Assembly: GCA_951406725.2 (NCBI GenBank)
Contig: OX597826.1
Span: forward strand, 54,250,001 to 54,314,000
DNA from: Octopus vulgaris
Taxonomy: Eukaryota
DNA length: 64,000 nucleotides
Reading direction: 5' to 3'
The notes under the pieces are model-generated. The model ran no database searches. It had not been told where the DNA came from and saw only the letters and a program-made list of their open reading frames with translations. The translations under genes and the position numbers were made by a program. Below are positions 26,325 to 39,732 of the stretch, piece after piece. The stretch's first letter is position 1. Every line of letters begins with the position of its first letter.

Positions 26325-27076
26325 ATATACATACATACGTACATACATACATACGTACGTACATATATGCATGCATGCATACATACATACATACAAGCAT
26401 GCATACATGCATGCATACATACATGCATACATACGTACGTACGTACATACATACATGCATGCATACATACATACATACATACATACATACATACATAAAT
26501 GCATGCATGCATGCATGCATACATACATACATACATACATACATACATACATACATACATACATACATACATACATACATACATACATACATACATACAT
26601 ACATACATACATACATACATACATACATACATACATACATACATACATACATACATACATACATACATACATACATACATACATACATACATACATACAT
26701 ACATACATACATACATACATACATACATACATACATACATACATACATACATACATACATACATACATACATACATACATACATACATACATACATACAT
26801 ACATACATACATACATACATACATACATACATACATACATACATACATACATACATACATACATACATACATACATACATACATACATACATACATACAT
26901 ACATACATACATACATACATACATACATACATACATACATACATACATACATACATACATACATACATACATACATACATACATACATACATACATACAT
27001 ACATACATACATACATACATACATACATACATACATACATACATACATACATACATACATACATACATACATACAT
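26325..27076. repeat. (CATA)n microsatellite with a ~550-bp perfect core
   Basis: Uninterrupted CATA run at about 26518-27075, preceded by CATG/CGTA variants. Confidence 0.98.
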
Positions 27077-27154
27077 GTACAGTTACCCAGCTATAATACG
27101 TATAGAAAAACATGTAAGATATCGATTAGCAATTGATTAGATATAGATATATAT

Positions 27155-27280
27155 ATATAATACTAGAGCCTTACTCGAGTAATGAAAAACCTTCATGCCA
27201 AATTTGGTACAGATTGATCTAGGAGTTTGGCCGTGCATAGCGGGAACACACACACACACAATGAATTTTATATATATATC
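27155..27280 (-). mobile_element. Possible non-autonomous Helitron/Helentron-like fragment
   Basis: Minus strand TATATATAAAA...(TG)n...ACCAAATTTGGCATG resembles ends of such elements (recalled pattern only). Confidence 0.35.
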
Positions 27281-27289
27281 GATGAGGAT

Positions 27290-27533
27290 CGGAGACCATC
27301 TTCGGTCATGAATGACCATGCATACCAGCCTCCCCTCTCCACACCACTGATGTTATCCAAGGGAACGGCATAGACCAGTGATGACGTAATTCATTTCTAC
27401 AGCTGAGTAAACTGGAGAAACGTGAAATAAAATGTCTTGCTCAAGAACACAACACACAACCCGGTCTGGGAATCGAACTCACAACCTCACGATCGTAAGC
27501 TCTACGCTCTAACCACTGAGCCATGCGCCTCCG
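27290..27533 (-). mobile_element. tRNA-derived SINE, family C
   Basis: Minus strand GGCGCATGGCTCAGTGGTTAGAGCG...GAGTTCGATTCCC...TTCTTGAGCAAGACA. Confidence 0.85.
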
Positions 27534-27924
27534 CTAGATGAGGATACAGTTTGGATAATAACCCTATCAACAATACTATAGATAAATGAATATATACGTA
27601 GATAGGTGTGTATGCATGTATATGTATATATGGTGCGTGTGTGCGTGTGCGCTTGTGTGCGTGTGTGTTCATGTACGCCTGTTTTCATATTTGTATTACA
27701 TCAATTTACTCTGAACTACCATATTTATTTCCCTTGAATATGATAGCTGTATCAAAATATGCGTGTGTGCAGGCGCCATGTGCGGAGACTGTTATACAAG
27801 GGAAATAAATCTTCTTGATTTGTCAAAGTTATTTCCCTTTAAATAACAATCCTCTACTTGTATATACAAATGTACACACGCCCTCACCCCACATACACAG
27901 AAATACACACACACACACACACAT

Positions 27925-28299
27925 AGAGGGGACAACAAAGGGATTAAGTCGATTACATCGACCCCAGTGCGTAACTGGTACTTAATTTATCGACTTCGAT
28001 AGGATGAAAGGCAAAGTCGACCTCGGCGGAATTTGTACTCTGAACGTAACGGCAGACGAAATACCTATTTCTTTACTACCCACAAGGGGCTAAACATAGA
28101 GGGGACAAACAAGTACAGACAAAGGGATTAAGTCGATTATAACGACCCCCAGTGCGTAACTGGTACTTAATTTATCGACCCCGAAAGTATGAAAGGCAAG
28201 GTCGACCTCGGCGGAATTTGAACTCAGAACGTAGCGGCAGACGAAAATTTCGCTAAGCATTTTGCTCGACGTGCCAACGATTCTGCCAGCTCGCCGCCT
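27925..28299 (-). mobile_element. SINE family B, tandem dimer (185-bp period)
   Basis: One head, body repeated twice, junction GAAATAC|CTATTTC at about 28064. Confidence 0.88.
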
Positions 28300-28778
28300 T
28301 TAAAGAATTGAGCACTACCAACCTTACTACCGCGTCCGTAAACGTCTTCATTTCAATTGTAAGGTCAGATCAAGATGTCTGGGGATGGAGACAGATGCAA
28401 ATGGATGACCAAGATGTCTTGCTTGCCTCATCTTGGTCGTTGCAGTCCCAAATATGTTGCAGCAGCCGACATCTTCTCCGTCCAACAATGAAATTTTCTT
28501 TAGCAGATTCCACCGGATCCACTCTTTACAGCCCTAGCATACTAAATGATCTACAGCCGAGATCTTAACAGGTGGCACTTCTCGGGGTCAGAATAGACTT
28601 CAGAGCACAATAAATACTACACGGTGGGTTTTACACTCTTAAATTCCCTAGAAATCCAGAATGAGGGCCTCCACTAACAGGTGCGGTTTGAGTCACACCC
28701 AAGACATACACACACATTTACATATGCTTGCTCGCGCATAATATATATATATATATGATCCGGTTCTTGACTGAAGAT

Positions 28779-28854
28779 TGAAGGCTTCGAATGTCCCGTC
28801 CGTGTTTTTTGTATCGTCTTCTAAATGTTTTGCGTTCTTGTCCCAGTTTGTATT

Positions 28855-28911
<57 letters not shown>

Positions 28912-28973
28912 CAAGTATATATACATATATATACTTACGCACACACATACATGCATAGATACATACATACATA

Positions 28974-29020
<47 letters not shown>

Positions 29021-29103
29021 AAAAAAAATACAAACTGGGACAAGAACGCAAAACATTTAGAAGACGATACAAAAAACACGGAAGGGGAAATTCGAAGCCT
29101 TCA
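28779..29103. repeat. Foldback element: ~88-bp inverted arms around a microsatellite spacer
   Basis: 28779-28866 is the near-perfect reverse complement of 29015-29103. Confidence 0.9.
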
Positions 29104-29111
29104 GATCAAAT

Positions 29112-29240
29112 AGGTGGCGAGCCGGCGGAATCGTTAGCACAACAGACAAAATACTTAGCGGCATTTCGTCCGTCTGAATTCGAAAGCTGTCGAGGCCGAC
29201 TTTGCCTATCATCCTTTCGGGGTAGATAAAATAAGTATAT
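29112..29240 (+). mobile_element. SINE family B, 5' part
   Basis: GGTGGCGAGCCGGCGGAATCGTTAGC...CATCCTTTCGGGG. Confidence 0.75.
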
Positions 29241-30182
29241 TTCCCATTTCTGCGTCGGCATCATCGTCGACGTTATCATGCCCCATTGTGCCTCCATCGT
29301 GCCTTTTCCACTCCTCCCTCTCTTCCCTTTGGTAGCGGGAAATTGTCGATGGTAGAAATCCTTGTGTGTGACTGATATATGTTATGTTATCGACTATCGA
29401 GGGATGAAAGGCAACTTTGGACCTCAGCGGGATTTGAAATCAGAACATAGATAGCCACAGCGTATATCGCAAAACGTTCCGTCGGACGCCTTGTCGATTC
29501 CTCCAATCCAGGGTCATCTTCGTGGAATAGTTAACTGAGGAAGATATAGACGATAATGACAAATATTGACAACTCTGATGATGATGATGTTGATGATGAG
29601 GATGATGATAATGATAATGATGATGATGATGATGATGACGAGGAGAAGCATCGCTGGTTGCGAACCTTTGGGTTGCTCTGTAGTGAGTGAAGAGACCCCT
29701 CCCATTCCCTCGGCTTCTCGCTACTCTCCCTAGTGATAGACTCCCGTGCTACGAACGAGATGATTTCTTCTGCTCTGGTTATACAAGGTATTAGGGTCAG
29801 CGATACTATGGGAACTACGGTTTCTGTATTTGATGGCGGTGTTACAGTCTCCGCTAATTTTCATTCCCTTTGTGTATTTTCTCGTTTCCCAAAGTGTCTC
29901 GTTCTTTCACGCAGAATACTCTCATATGTCAACATGATACAAAAAAGAGAAAAAAAAAAAAAAAGAAGAGAGATAAGAATGAGTAACTGTGAAAATGTTG
30001 ACATTCAAAAACAGAAAGAACACGGCAAAAGAACAAAAAAATTTTAGCTACACTTAACGGATCCGCTGCAAGGTCAATATATACGGGAGTAACAATTTAG
30101 TGAAACCGGATACAATAATGAAATCGACTGATACACAAAACAACAGTCGAATTGGTCAATGAAAAGCCACAACACTATGATA

Positions 30183-30218
<36 letters not shown>

Positions 30219-30638
30219 CCATGAATAAAACTATGGACATAAATATCAATCAAAAAGAAACCGGATATAGTTAAGAAGTTGATGGAAAAGGAGAGAACAA
30301 CCGGCATTTTCTCAGTAAAAGTGACAACTCAACCAAATAAATATGAATCACCGTAATAAAATAATAGTTATGGGTTTGGAAATGGAAACGATAAACAATA
30401 TACAGAAGAATGGTCCCATTCCAATGAGCTTAAAATATCAAAATATTTCTCTTGAAGATTTCAGTAATGTGAAATTTGAGGCGCATGAAAAATAATTAAG
30501 TACATACACGTACACACGTAAAGACATACATACATACATACATACATACATACATACATACATACATACATACAGGCACCTATCTATGCATATATCTGTC
30601 TGTCTGTTTGTCGATCAGTCAATCAATCAATCAATCAA

Positions 30639-30695
<57 letters not shown>

Positions 30696-30841
30696 ATTTC
30701 TTTATTGCCCACAAGGGGCTAAACAGAGAGCTCGCCTTATATATATATATAGGGCAAGTTTACGAAAAAAACAAAAGACAAAGACAGGTGGTGTACAAAG
30801 AAAACAGATGTATTAGTATAACGTTCAGGAATAGAAAAAGT

Positions 30842-30877
30842 CTTTTACGTTTCGAGCCTACGCTCTTCTACAGAAAG
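30842..30877 (-). ncRNA. Minimal hammerhead-like motif, variant core CUGUAGA, inside a short repeat (~30750-30930)
   Basis: Minus strand CTTT-CTGTAGA-A-GAGC-GTAG-GCTC-GAAAC-GTA-AAAG. Confidence 0.65.
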
Positions 30878-31066
30878 GGATACAGAAAAAACAAGGAGAG
30901 AAAAAAATGTGTGTAGTGGCTAGCGATTAATCATGGCGTCTGACTCGGAAAGAATGGTCAGATGGGAGGAGGAAAGTAGGGGAGATAACAAGGTAAAGAT
31001 GACCCCCAACACAAAGGAGCCCCCAAGATGTGGGGATGGGTGTGTGGGTGTTGTGTTGTGATGTGA

Positions 31067-31285
31067 AGGCGAGCTGGCAGAAACGTTAGCAAGCCGGGCG
31101 AAATGCGTAGCCGTATTTCGTCTGCCGTTACGTTCTGAGTTCAAATTCCGCTGAGGTCGACTTTGCCTTTCATCCTTTCGGGTTCGGTAAATAAAGTGCC
31201 AGTTACGCACTGGGGGTAATCGACTTAATCCCTTTGTCTGTCCTTGTTTGTCGCCTCTATGTTTAGCCCCTTGAGGGCAATAAAG

Positions 31286-31290
<5 letters not shown>
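31067..31290 (+). mobile_element. SINE family B, full length
   Basis: Head, body and AAAGAAATA tail all present. Confidence 0.9.
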
Positions 31291-31321
<31 letters not shown>

Positions 31322-31323
<2 letters not shown>

Positions 31324-31539
31324 TCTTTACTCTTTTTACTCTTTTACTTGTATCAGTCATTTGACTGCGGCCATGCTGGAGCACCGCCTTTAGTCGAGCA
31401 AATCGACCCCGGGACTTATTCTTTGTAAGCCCAGTACTTATTCTATCGGTCTCTTTTTGCCGAACCGCTAAGTGACGGGAACGTAAACACACCAGCATCG
31501 GTTGTCAAGCAATGCTAGGGGACAAACACACACACACAA

Positions 31540-31572
<33 letters not shown>

Positions 31573-31740
31573 CATATATACAACAGGCTTCTTTCAGTTT
31601 CCGTCTACGAAATCCACTCACAAGACATTGGTCGGCCCGGGACTATAGCAGAAGACACTTGCCCTAGATGCCACGCAGTGGGACTGAACCCGGAACCATG
31701 TGGTTGGTTAGCAAGCTACTTACCACACAGCCACTCCTAT
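31322..31740 (-). mobile_element. SINE family A (CORE-like), full length
   Basis: Minus strand AGGAGTGGCTGTGTGGTAAG...GGTTCAGTCCC head, GGGCAAGTGTCTTC core, internal (TG)n, AAAAGAGTA tail. Confidence 0.9.
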
Positions 31741-31772
31741 ATGTATATAGATAGATAGCTAGATAGATAGTG

Positions 31773-32010
31773 ACCGCACATGGCTTATTGGTTAGGGTGT
31801 TGCACTCACGATTGCGAGATAGTGGGTTCGATTCCCAGATCGGGCATTGCGTTGTGTTCTTGAGCAAAGCACTCCATTTCACGATCATTTCGGCATATGA
31901 CATGTGGCACCTAGTTGCACCTGTACAGGTAATGTCGATTTGAAGGAGGGAGTGAGCTTATGTCTACACAAATATTTGATCACTATAAACAAATCATCTG
32001 TGTGGTTGTA
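31773..32010 (+). mobile_element. tRNA-derived SINE, family C-like head
   Basis: CGCACATGGCTTATTGGTTAGGGTG...GGGTTCGATTCCC...TTCTTGAGCAAAGCA. Confidence 0.75.
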
Positions 32011-32093
<83 letters not shown>

Positions 32094-32136
32094 ATCTATC
32101 TATCATACATATCTATCATATCTATCATTTCTATCA

Positions 32137-32841
32137 CAGGTAATTGAAAAGTAACTCCCTATTTTATAATACGTATAATGTATTTATTAACTATAATTTT
32201 CAGAAAAAGATGAATATGTGAAGAAAGCGTTGGAGTTTTATTTAAAATTCGATATAGGCATCAGCATTCACCACCAGCTTCTGAAGCCGCCTGGGAACTA
32301 CATCAACTGATTTCATCAGGAACTCTTGTGGATTGGAAGACATAACTTCTCGTCTTCACCCTTCAAGTTCTTCCAAAGTCATTGGTTTGGTCGAGTAGAC
32401 TTACTTCTTTAACCAGCCCCAAATAAAAATGTCGCAGAGTGTTAAATTAGGGATTCTGGTCGGCCAATGATGAGGACCTGACGACCCATCCATCTCCCAC
32501 ATTCTGTAGTCATGAATTTTGCATGGCAATTCTTGATTATCTTGGCATCAACTTGAGCATGTCTTCCTCTAACGGTCCTCCGCCTTCTTTGCGCTTGAAC
32601 AACTGATCTCCAAACTTCGTAATGTGCAGCTAGCTGGGCACGCTCCTGTACAGTAAAACATCCAGCCATGTTTGTAGGGCTTCTAAATTTCAAACAAAAT
32701 AATCGATCTGAAAAAAACAAAACAATAACATGGAATCAATTCCCATACATTAAAGAACATACACAACAAATTTGACAAAAAAATTATAGTTAATAAATAA
32801 ATTATAAGCATTTCAAAATAGGGAGTTACTTTCCGATAACC

Positions 32842-32844
<3 letters not shown>
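32137..32844 (-). mobile_element. Internally deleted Tc1/mariner-superfamily transposon
   Basis: Imperfect TIRs CAGGTAATTGAAAAGTAACTCCCTATTTT / AAAATAGGGAGTTACTTTCCGATAACCCTG, with TA on the right. HTH-like N-terminus MAGCFTVQERAQLAAHYEVWRS is joined to C-terminal PNLTLCDIFIWGWLK...TLEEL. Confidence 0.85.
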
Positions 32845-32935
<91 letters not shown>

Positions 32936-32942
32936 ATATGTA

Positions 32943-32987
<45 letters not shown>

Positions 32988-32990
32988 GTA

Positions 32991-33047
<57 letters not shown>

Positions 33048-33064
33048 GTATATATGTATATATG

Positions 33065-33112
<48 letters not shown>

Positions 33113-33217
33113 GTAAATATATATGTGATCGTATATTGTTATATTTCGGAATATATTGCCAGTATATATATATATTTTGCTTCAGTGATATTTATGTATA
33201 TGTACCTCCTGTGACCG

Positions 33218-33281
<64 letters not shown>

Positions 33282-33296
33282 ACATATATATATGTA

Positions 33297-33830
33297 CAGG
33301 GTGTTTCAAAGAAATTTGCAATTTGCATAATTTCGCAAACTAATAACTTTGCCCGTTCTTGTTCAAATGACTCATATTTTAACAGCATCTGTAGAAACAG
33401 GTCAATGTTTGATATGTTCATGTTTAATGTTTGATATGTTCATCTTTCCAGGTATAGAAATGACATTCATTGGAAGAGTTTTGTGTGTTTGAGTATGCTG
33501 GAACACAGTCAAACAAGACCGTGCAGCGTGCATTTGTGAGAGATTTCTTTAAAAAAAAAGTCACCAGCAGCAATGCAGATTTGGATATAGCCCAAAAATT
33601 TTAAAGAGGAAAGGTGTCTGTGCAGGGCAAAAGGATCTGGACGACCACTAACATCGAAAGAGACGGTCGAGCGGGTTCGCCAAAAGCTCTTGGGAAGCCC
33701 CCATAAGAAGAACAAGTCTGGAAACCCAGATTCCTCCAACAACAGTTTGATGCGTCCTGAGGAAACGCTTGCTAGTGAAACCCTACATGCTGCAGCTCGT
33801 TCAGGCCATAACGGCAGCGCAAACAATGTG
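33297..33830 (+). mobile_element. Left part of a Tc1/mariner-superfamily transposon
   Basis: Starts TA|CAGGGTGTTTC. Degenerate N-terminus CVFEYAGTQSNKTVQRAF...GSGRPLTSKETVERVRQ. No right TIR seen. Confidence 0.7.
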
Positions 33831-33989
33831 AAGTCGTTCATGGAATCCACATACCTATGAGTTTCTCGTTCATATTTGGAGGAATAAATCTTGTGTTGCT
33901 CAACATTAAGCCTGTTTAGTTTCATTTGCTTTGACTACGTAGTTTCTGTGATATTTACATTTCAAATGATATCAAGCCTGAAATTTTTA

Positions 33990-34722
33990 AGGGGAGGGGG
34001 ATAGTCGATTACATCGACCCCATTGTGCAACTGGTACTTATTTCATCGACTCCGATAGGATGAAAGGCGAAGTCGACTTGGGCGGAATTTGAACTCAGAA
34101 CGTAGCGGCAGGCGAAATACCTATTTCTTTACTACCCACAAGGGGCTAAACACAGAGGGAACAAACAAGGACAGACAAACGGATTAAGTCGATGATATCG
34201 ACCCCAGTGCGTAACTGGTACTTAATTTATCGACCCCGAAAGGATGAAAGGCGAAGTCGACCTGGGCGGAATTTGAACTCAGAACGTAAAGACGCACGAA
34301 ATACCGATTTCTTTACTATCCACAAGGGGCTAAATATAGAGGGGACAAACAAGGACAGACAAACGGATAAAGTCGATTATATCGACCCCAGTGCGTAACT
34401 GGTACTTAATTTATCGACCCCGAAAGGATGAAAGGCGAAGTCGACCTGGGCGGAATTTGAACTCAGAACGTAGCGGCAGGTGAAATACCTATTTCTTTAC
34501 TACCCACAAGGGGCTAAACACAGAGGGGACAAATAAGGACAGACAAACGGATTAAGTCGATTATATCGATCCCAGTGCGTAACTGGTACTTATTTAATCG
34601 ACCCCGAAAGGATGAAAGGCAAAGTCAACCTCGGCGGAATTTGAACTCAGAACGTAGCGGCAGGCGAAATACCGCTAAGCATTTCGCCCGGCGTGCTAAC
34701 GTTTCTGCCGGCTCGCCGCCTT
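33990..34722 (-). mobile_element. SINE family B, tandem tetramer (184-bp period)
   Basis: GAAATAC at 34114, 34298, 34482 and 34666. Only the last unit continues into the tRNA head. Confidence 0.92.
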
Positions 34723-35193
34723 GTATATAATGAATATTAACATACGATGGATAATTGCCAGCTAATTACAGCTGTTTTATTATTCATTTGATTATAATGC
34801 ACCAAGGGAATTTACGACTTGTCAGATACCCTTAGAGTATACCAACAACGTACCACTCAAACTATCGCGTAATTTGACCATCCCCTTAGGTACTAAATAC
34901 TCATAGGGCTGGTTTTCTCATTGTACACAACAAAAATATCCGATCCGATATTTCGACCCTCGCCAACCATAGCACAGAACCACAGAGATTACCAAAACCC
35001 TACCTGGCGCATACTCGATTCTGTCTCAATCATCATCTTACCACACACACACTCACACGCACACGTACGCGCGCGCGCACACACACACACACGCACACAC
35101 ATACACACACATGTATGTATGTATGTATGTATGTATGTATGTATGTATGTATGTATGTATGTGAGTATATACGATTGTATGTATGCATATTTA

Positions 35194-37315
35194 CAGCTTG
35201 CAGGCGGTATTCGTTCGAAATTTGCAGCTGTTAATTTTACGCATATTTTAGAAAATTTTGTTGTCGGTCTCTTTCTTTTTAAAAATATTAACAATTTTTG
35301 CCTTATTATATGTTTGTTTTTTGGAGAATAATTAACAATGGAAACTTTTGAACCCTTCTAATTTGTGGAAGAGGCATGGTGTCCTGCTTGGAATCCATGC
35401 CAGGACAAACAAGGAGATTTCAAACTTCCTCAACGTAAGCAGAAAGAAGTTGGAAAAGGTCAAGAGAGCAGGTAGAAAGTTTATGATTCGACTACGAGGC
35501 GACAGCAGAAAAGAAAACCCATGATCGACGATCTGACACTATCAGAAAGCCGGAATCCGCCGCAGAAATCCAGAAGATCATCAACAATGATCCCAGCAAG
35601 TCGATGAGTGTCATTGCACGTATGAAAGGTGAGGAAGAAAAGCTCATCAGAGCGGTGGGCATGAGGACATTCGCTACTTTTCATTTAAGATGAGGAAGGG
35701 ACAATTTCTGTCGAAGGCGATGCAGGACAAGTGACTCAAGCATATCAAGAAGCTGATCAACATGATGAAGCACCCGCTGGAGCCGGACATGCTGTGGTTT
35801 TTGCCCGATGAAAAGTATTTCAACCAAGACCAGAAGACCAACTCCTTGAACAACGGGTGGCTCGCTGTTTGACTCAAGAACGTGCCCAGAGTCATGCAGA
35901 CGAAACGTCCCGCGGCAACCATCGTCTTCGGTGTCATGCCACCCAACTTCTTCCCTGAGAACCTCAGGGTGAACATCCACAGATGCATTCCGCTTTCTGA
36001 GTGAGATGATGAAGCCTTGAATCAGCCGAGTAGCTACAGAGAGGCCGTACGTTTGGCAGCAAGATTGCGCTCTACCACACCAGCCGAAAGACCCAGGCCT
36101 AGCTGTCGTAGAATTTCTTCGATCACACAGCACCTGACATTTGGCCTCCCAATTCGCCTGACTGTCATCCATTTGAAGTCTTTGTGTGAGGCACGGTGTA
36201 ACGAGATACCAACCAATTGAGCTGCAAGACGAAAGAAGAACTGAAGGCCAGGATTACTAGAGCCTTCAGGATTATTCGAGCCCTCAGGATTACTAGAGCC
36301 TTCAGAATTTCTAGAGGCTTCAGGATTACTAGAGCCTTCAGGATAACTCGAGCCCTCAGGATTACTCGAGCCTTCAGGATTACTCGAGCCCTCAGGATTA
36401 CTAGAGCCTTCAGAATTACTAGAGGCTTCAGGATTACTAGAGCCTTCAGGATTACTCGAGCCCTCAGGATTACTAGAGCCTTCAGAATTACTAGAGGCTT
36501 CAGGATTACTAGAGCCTTCAGGATTACTCGAGCCCTCAGGATTACTAGAGCCTTCAGAATTACTAGAGGCTTCAGGATTACTAGAGCCTTCAGGATTACT
36601 CGAGCCCTCAGGATTACTAGAGCCTTCTGAATTACTAAAGGCTTCAGGATTACTAGAGCCTTCAGGATTACTCGAGCCTTCAGGATTACTCGAGCCTTCA
36701 GGATTACTCGAGCCCTCAGGATTACTAGAGCCTTCAGAATTACTAGAGGCTTCAGGATTACTAGAGCCTTCAGGATTACTAGAGCCTTCAGAATTACTAG
36801 AGGCTTCAGGATTACTAGAGCCTTCAGGATTACTTGAGCCCTCAGGATTACTAGAGCCCTCTGAATTACTAGAGGCTTCAGGATTACTAGAGCCTTCAGG
36901 ATTACTCGAGCCTTCAGGATTACTGGAGCCTTCAGGATTACTCGAGCCCTCAGGATTACTAGAGCCTTCAGAATTACTAGAGGCTTCAGGATTACTAGAG
37001 CCTTCAGGATTACTAGAGCCTTCAGAATTACTAGAGGCTTCAGGATTACTAGAGCCTTCAGGATTACTTGAGCCCTCAGGATTACTAGAGCCTTCAGAAT
37101 TACTAGAGGCTTCAGGATTATTAGTGATGAAGACCTGCGGTCGGTTCTGAGGTCAACTGGAGGCTGTCATCGAAGCCAAAGACGGGTTCATCGAGTGAGA
37201 TCAACATAACATGTCATGAATACAAACCGACTCAAATTTGATGAATAAATCTCAAACAATAAAAACGCTATTTTTTCCTGAGACCGTCATCAGGCGAACG
37301 AATACCGTTCGCACC
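35194..37315 (+). mobile_element. Decayed Tc1/mariner-superfamily transposon (DDxD type) containing a minisatellite
   Basis: TIR core CGGTATTCGTTCG (35205-35217) / CGAACGAATACCG (37295-37307). Remnants WFLPDEKYF, RPYVWQQD, WPPNSPD, KTKEELKARI, LEAVIEAKDGFIE*. Confidence 0.88.
36251..37122. repeat. 18-bp minisatellite GGATTACTAGAGCCTTCA, about 48 copies
   Basis: Direct inspection; variant units recur with a 72-bp (4-unit) pattern. Confidence 0.97.
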
Positions 37316-38925
37316 AAAAACCTACATAAGTGCATGCGCACGTATATGTTTACATACGCTTATAGTTAAAGTAATCGCTGAGGAATTGAGTCTTTCATTA
37401 CGATCGTTTCAACGTTCTTATTTAAAAAAAGTGGGTTTTTTTTAATGTATAAAAAATATAGTTTTTATAAGGTATTTAAAGATGTTTGAAGATTCAGCTC
37501 TAATTCACACGGTAACGCGCAGTGCATTGTGGTACATCATAATAAAACGTATATTTACACATACAGACACAGACATATATAGATGCACAGACACAAACAC
37601 AATAATACATATACACACACAGACACAGACACAGACACACTCATATATGCTTATATATCTATGCATGCATATATGTATATACTCCGCCCTCAGACTTATA
37701 TATATATATATATATATGTATATCACTGTGCTGGGAAGACTCTTTAAGTTCCGCGGTGTGTACAGATGATCGCGTAACTGATTCTATGATAGGAAATAAA
37801 ATATTTATAACATAAAATATTTATAGGTGGTCAGCCATTGGCTAGTAAATGGATTAATTGAAAAATGATGGAAGGAAAAATATACAGGAAAGGGAAATAT
37901 TATATATAAAAAGGAGAAAATATGTATAAAAATTTATGTAACTATAGGGAAACGAAATGTATGATGAACTGCGGTGAGAATGTCACAAAAATGAAAATAA
38001 ATACGTGACTTTGTGTATGTGTGTATATGTAGATGTATGCGTTCGTTCGGGTGTGCCTGAGTGCATGTGTGTGTGTGTATGTGTGTATGTGTGCGTGCGG
38101 GTGCGTGCAGGTGCGTGCGCATTTATGTGGGTTTCGCTCATACTGGCATATGTCATGAATTTTTACTATTGATATATCCCCGTCTTATACAATCCCCTTC
38201 TTATACATGCATGCATACATACATACGTACATACATACATACATACATACATACATACATACATACATACATACGTACGTACATACATACATACATACGT
38301 ACGTACATACATACATATATACATTCGTACGTACATACATACATACATACGTACATACATACATACACACACACTCATATATATACATACGTAGATACAT
38401 ATATACATATATACATATATGCACATACAAACATGTATATACATATATATGCATACATATATGTATATAGACATATAGATATACATATATCAACATATAT
38501 ACTTAACTCACACATTCATGCATACATACATGCATGCGCAAATACATACATATACACACACACGCATATGTATATGTATATATATATATATATGTATATA
38601 TTCGTATACGTATATGAATATTATATATATAAACACACATATATATATATACGAGAGAGACAGAGAGAGAGAGTGTATATATATATATATATACAGTTCA
38701 GTTTTCCCTTCCATGTATAAGATACATTTTGTTCTACCATGCATACATGTATGTATACATGTATGTATGTATGTATGTATGTATGTATGTATGTATGTAT
38801 GTATGTATGTATGTATGCATGCATGTATGTATGTATGTATGTCTGCATGCATGCATGTATGTATGTATGTATGTATGTATGTATGTATGTATGTATGCAT
38901 GCATGCATGCATGTATGTATGTATG

Positions 38926-38972
<47 letters not shown>

Positions 38973-39476
38973 GCATACACACACATATGCATAATACAAA
39001 TAAAATACATGCACACACTAACTCAAACACTCACACATACACACACCGATGTACATATTTTTTAATTGATACATATTTATAGATAACCGCTTATAAATAT
39101 TTTTATTGTAAATATTGTCTCGTGTAGCACAGAATGAGTTACGTTTTCAGTGATACAAACGCGCACACACACACACACACACACACGCGCACACACACAC
39201 ATGTATGTATGTATGCATGTATGTATGCATGTATATATATATATGTCGTTAAACTCTCAGCAAAATGATCACAGCACTGGAATATATAAATATTGAGATT
39301 TTACGTTCGTATTGAGTACTGTATATGCATACATACATACATACATACATACATACATACATACATACATACATACATACATACATACATGCACACACAC
39401 ACACAGGCATGCATAACTTTTTCTTGCAGTCCTCGTATGTATATATATATATATGTTTTTACCAAGTATTGAAATA

Positions 39477-39552
<76 letters not shown>

Positions 39553-39576
39553 GTCTGTCTGTCCGTCTGTCTGTCC

Positions 39577-39608
<32 letters not shown>

Positions 39609-39661
39609 GCCTGCCTGCCTGCCTGCCTGCCTGTCTGTCTGTATGTCTTTCTGTCTGTATG

Positions 39662-39732
<71 letters not shown>

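Noticed and set aside
27440-27533. tRNA gene (similar heads at 15953, 31773, 57830, 62268)
   Set aside because: The acceptor stems do not close and the heads run into SINE bodies.
28768-28797. CTGAAGA...GAATGTC as an HHR
   Set aside because: Lacks GAAA and a convincing stem I.
36251-37122. 18-bp array as CRISPR or as a real repeat protein
   Set aside because: No spacers; it lies in a pseudogenised transposase and has in-frame stops.
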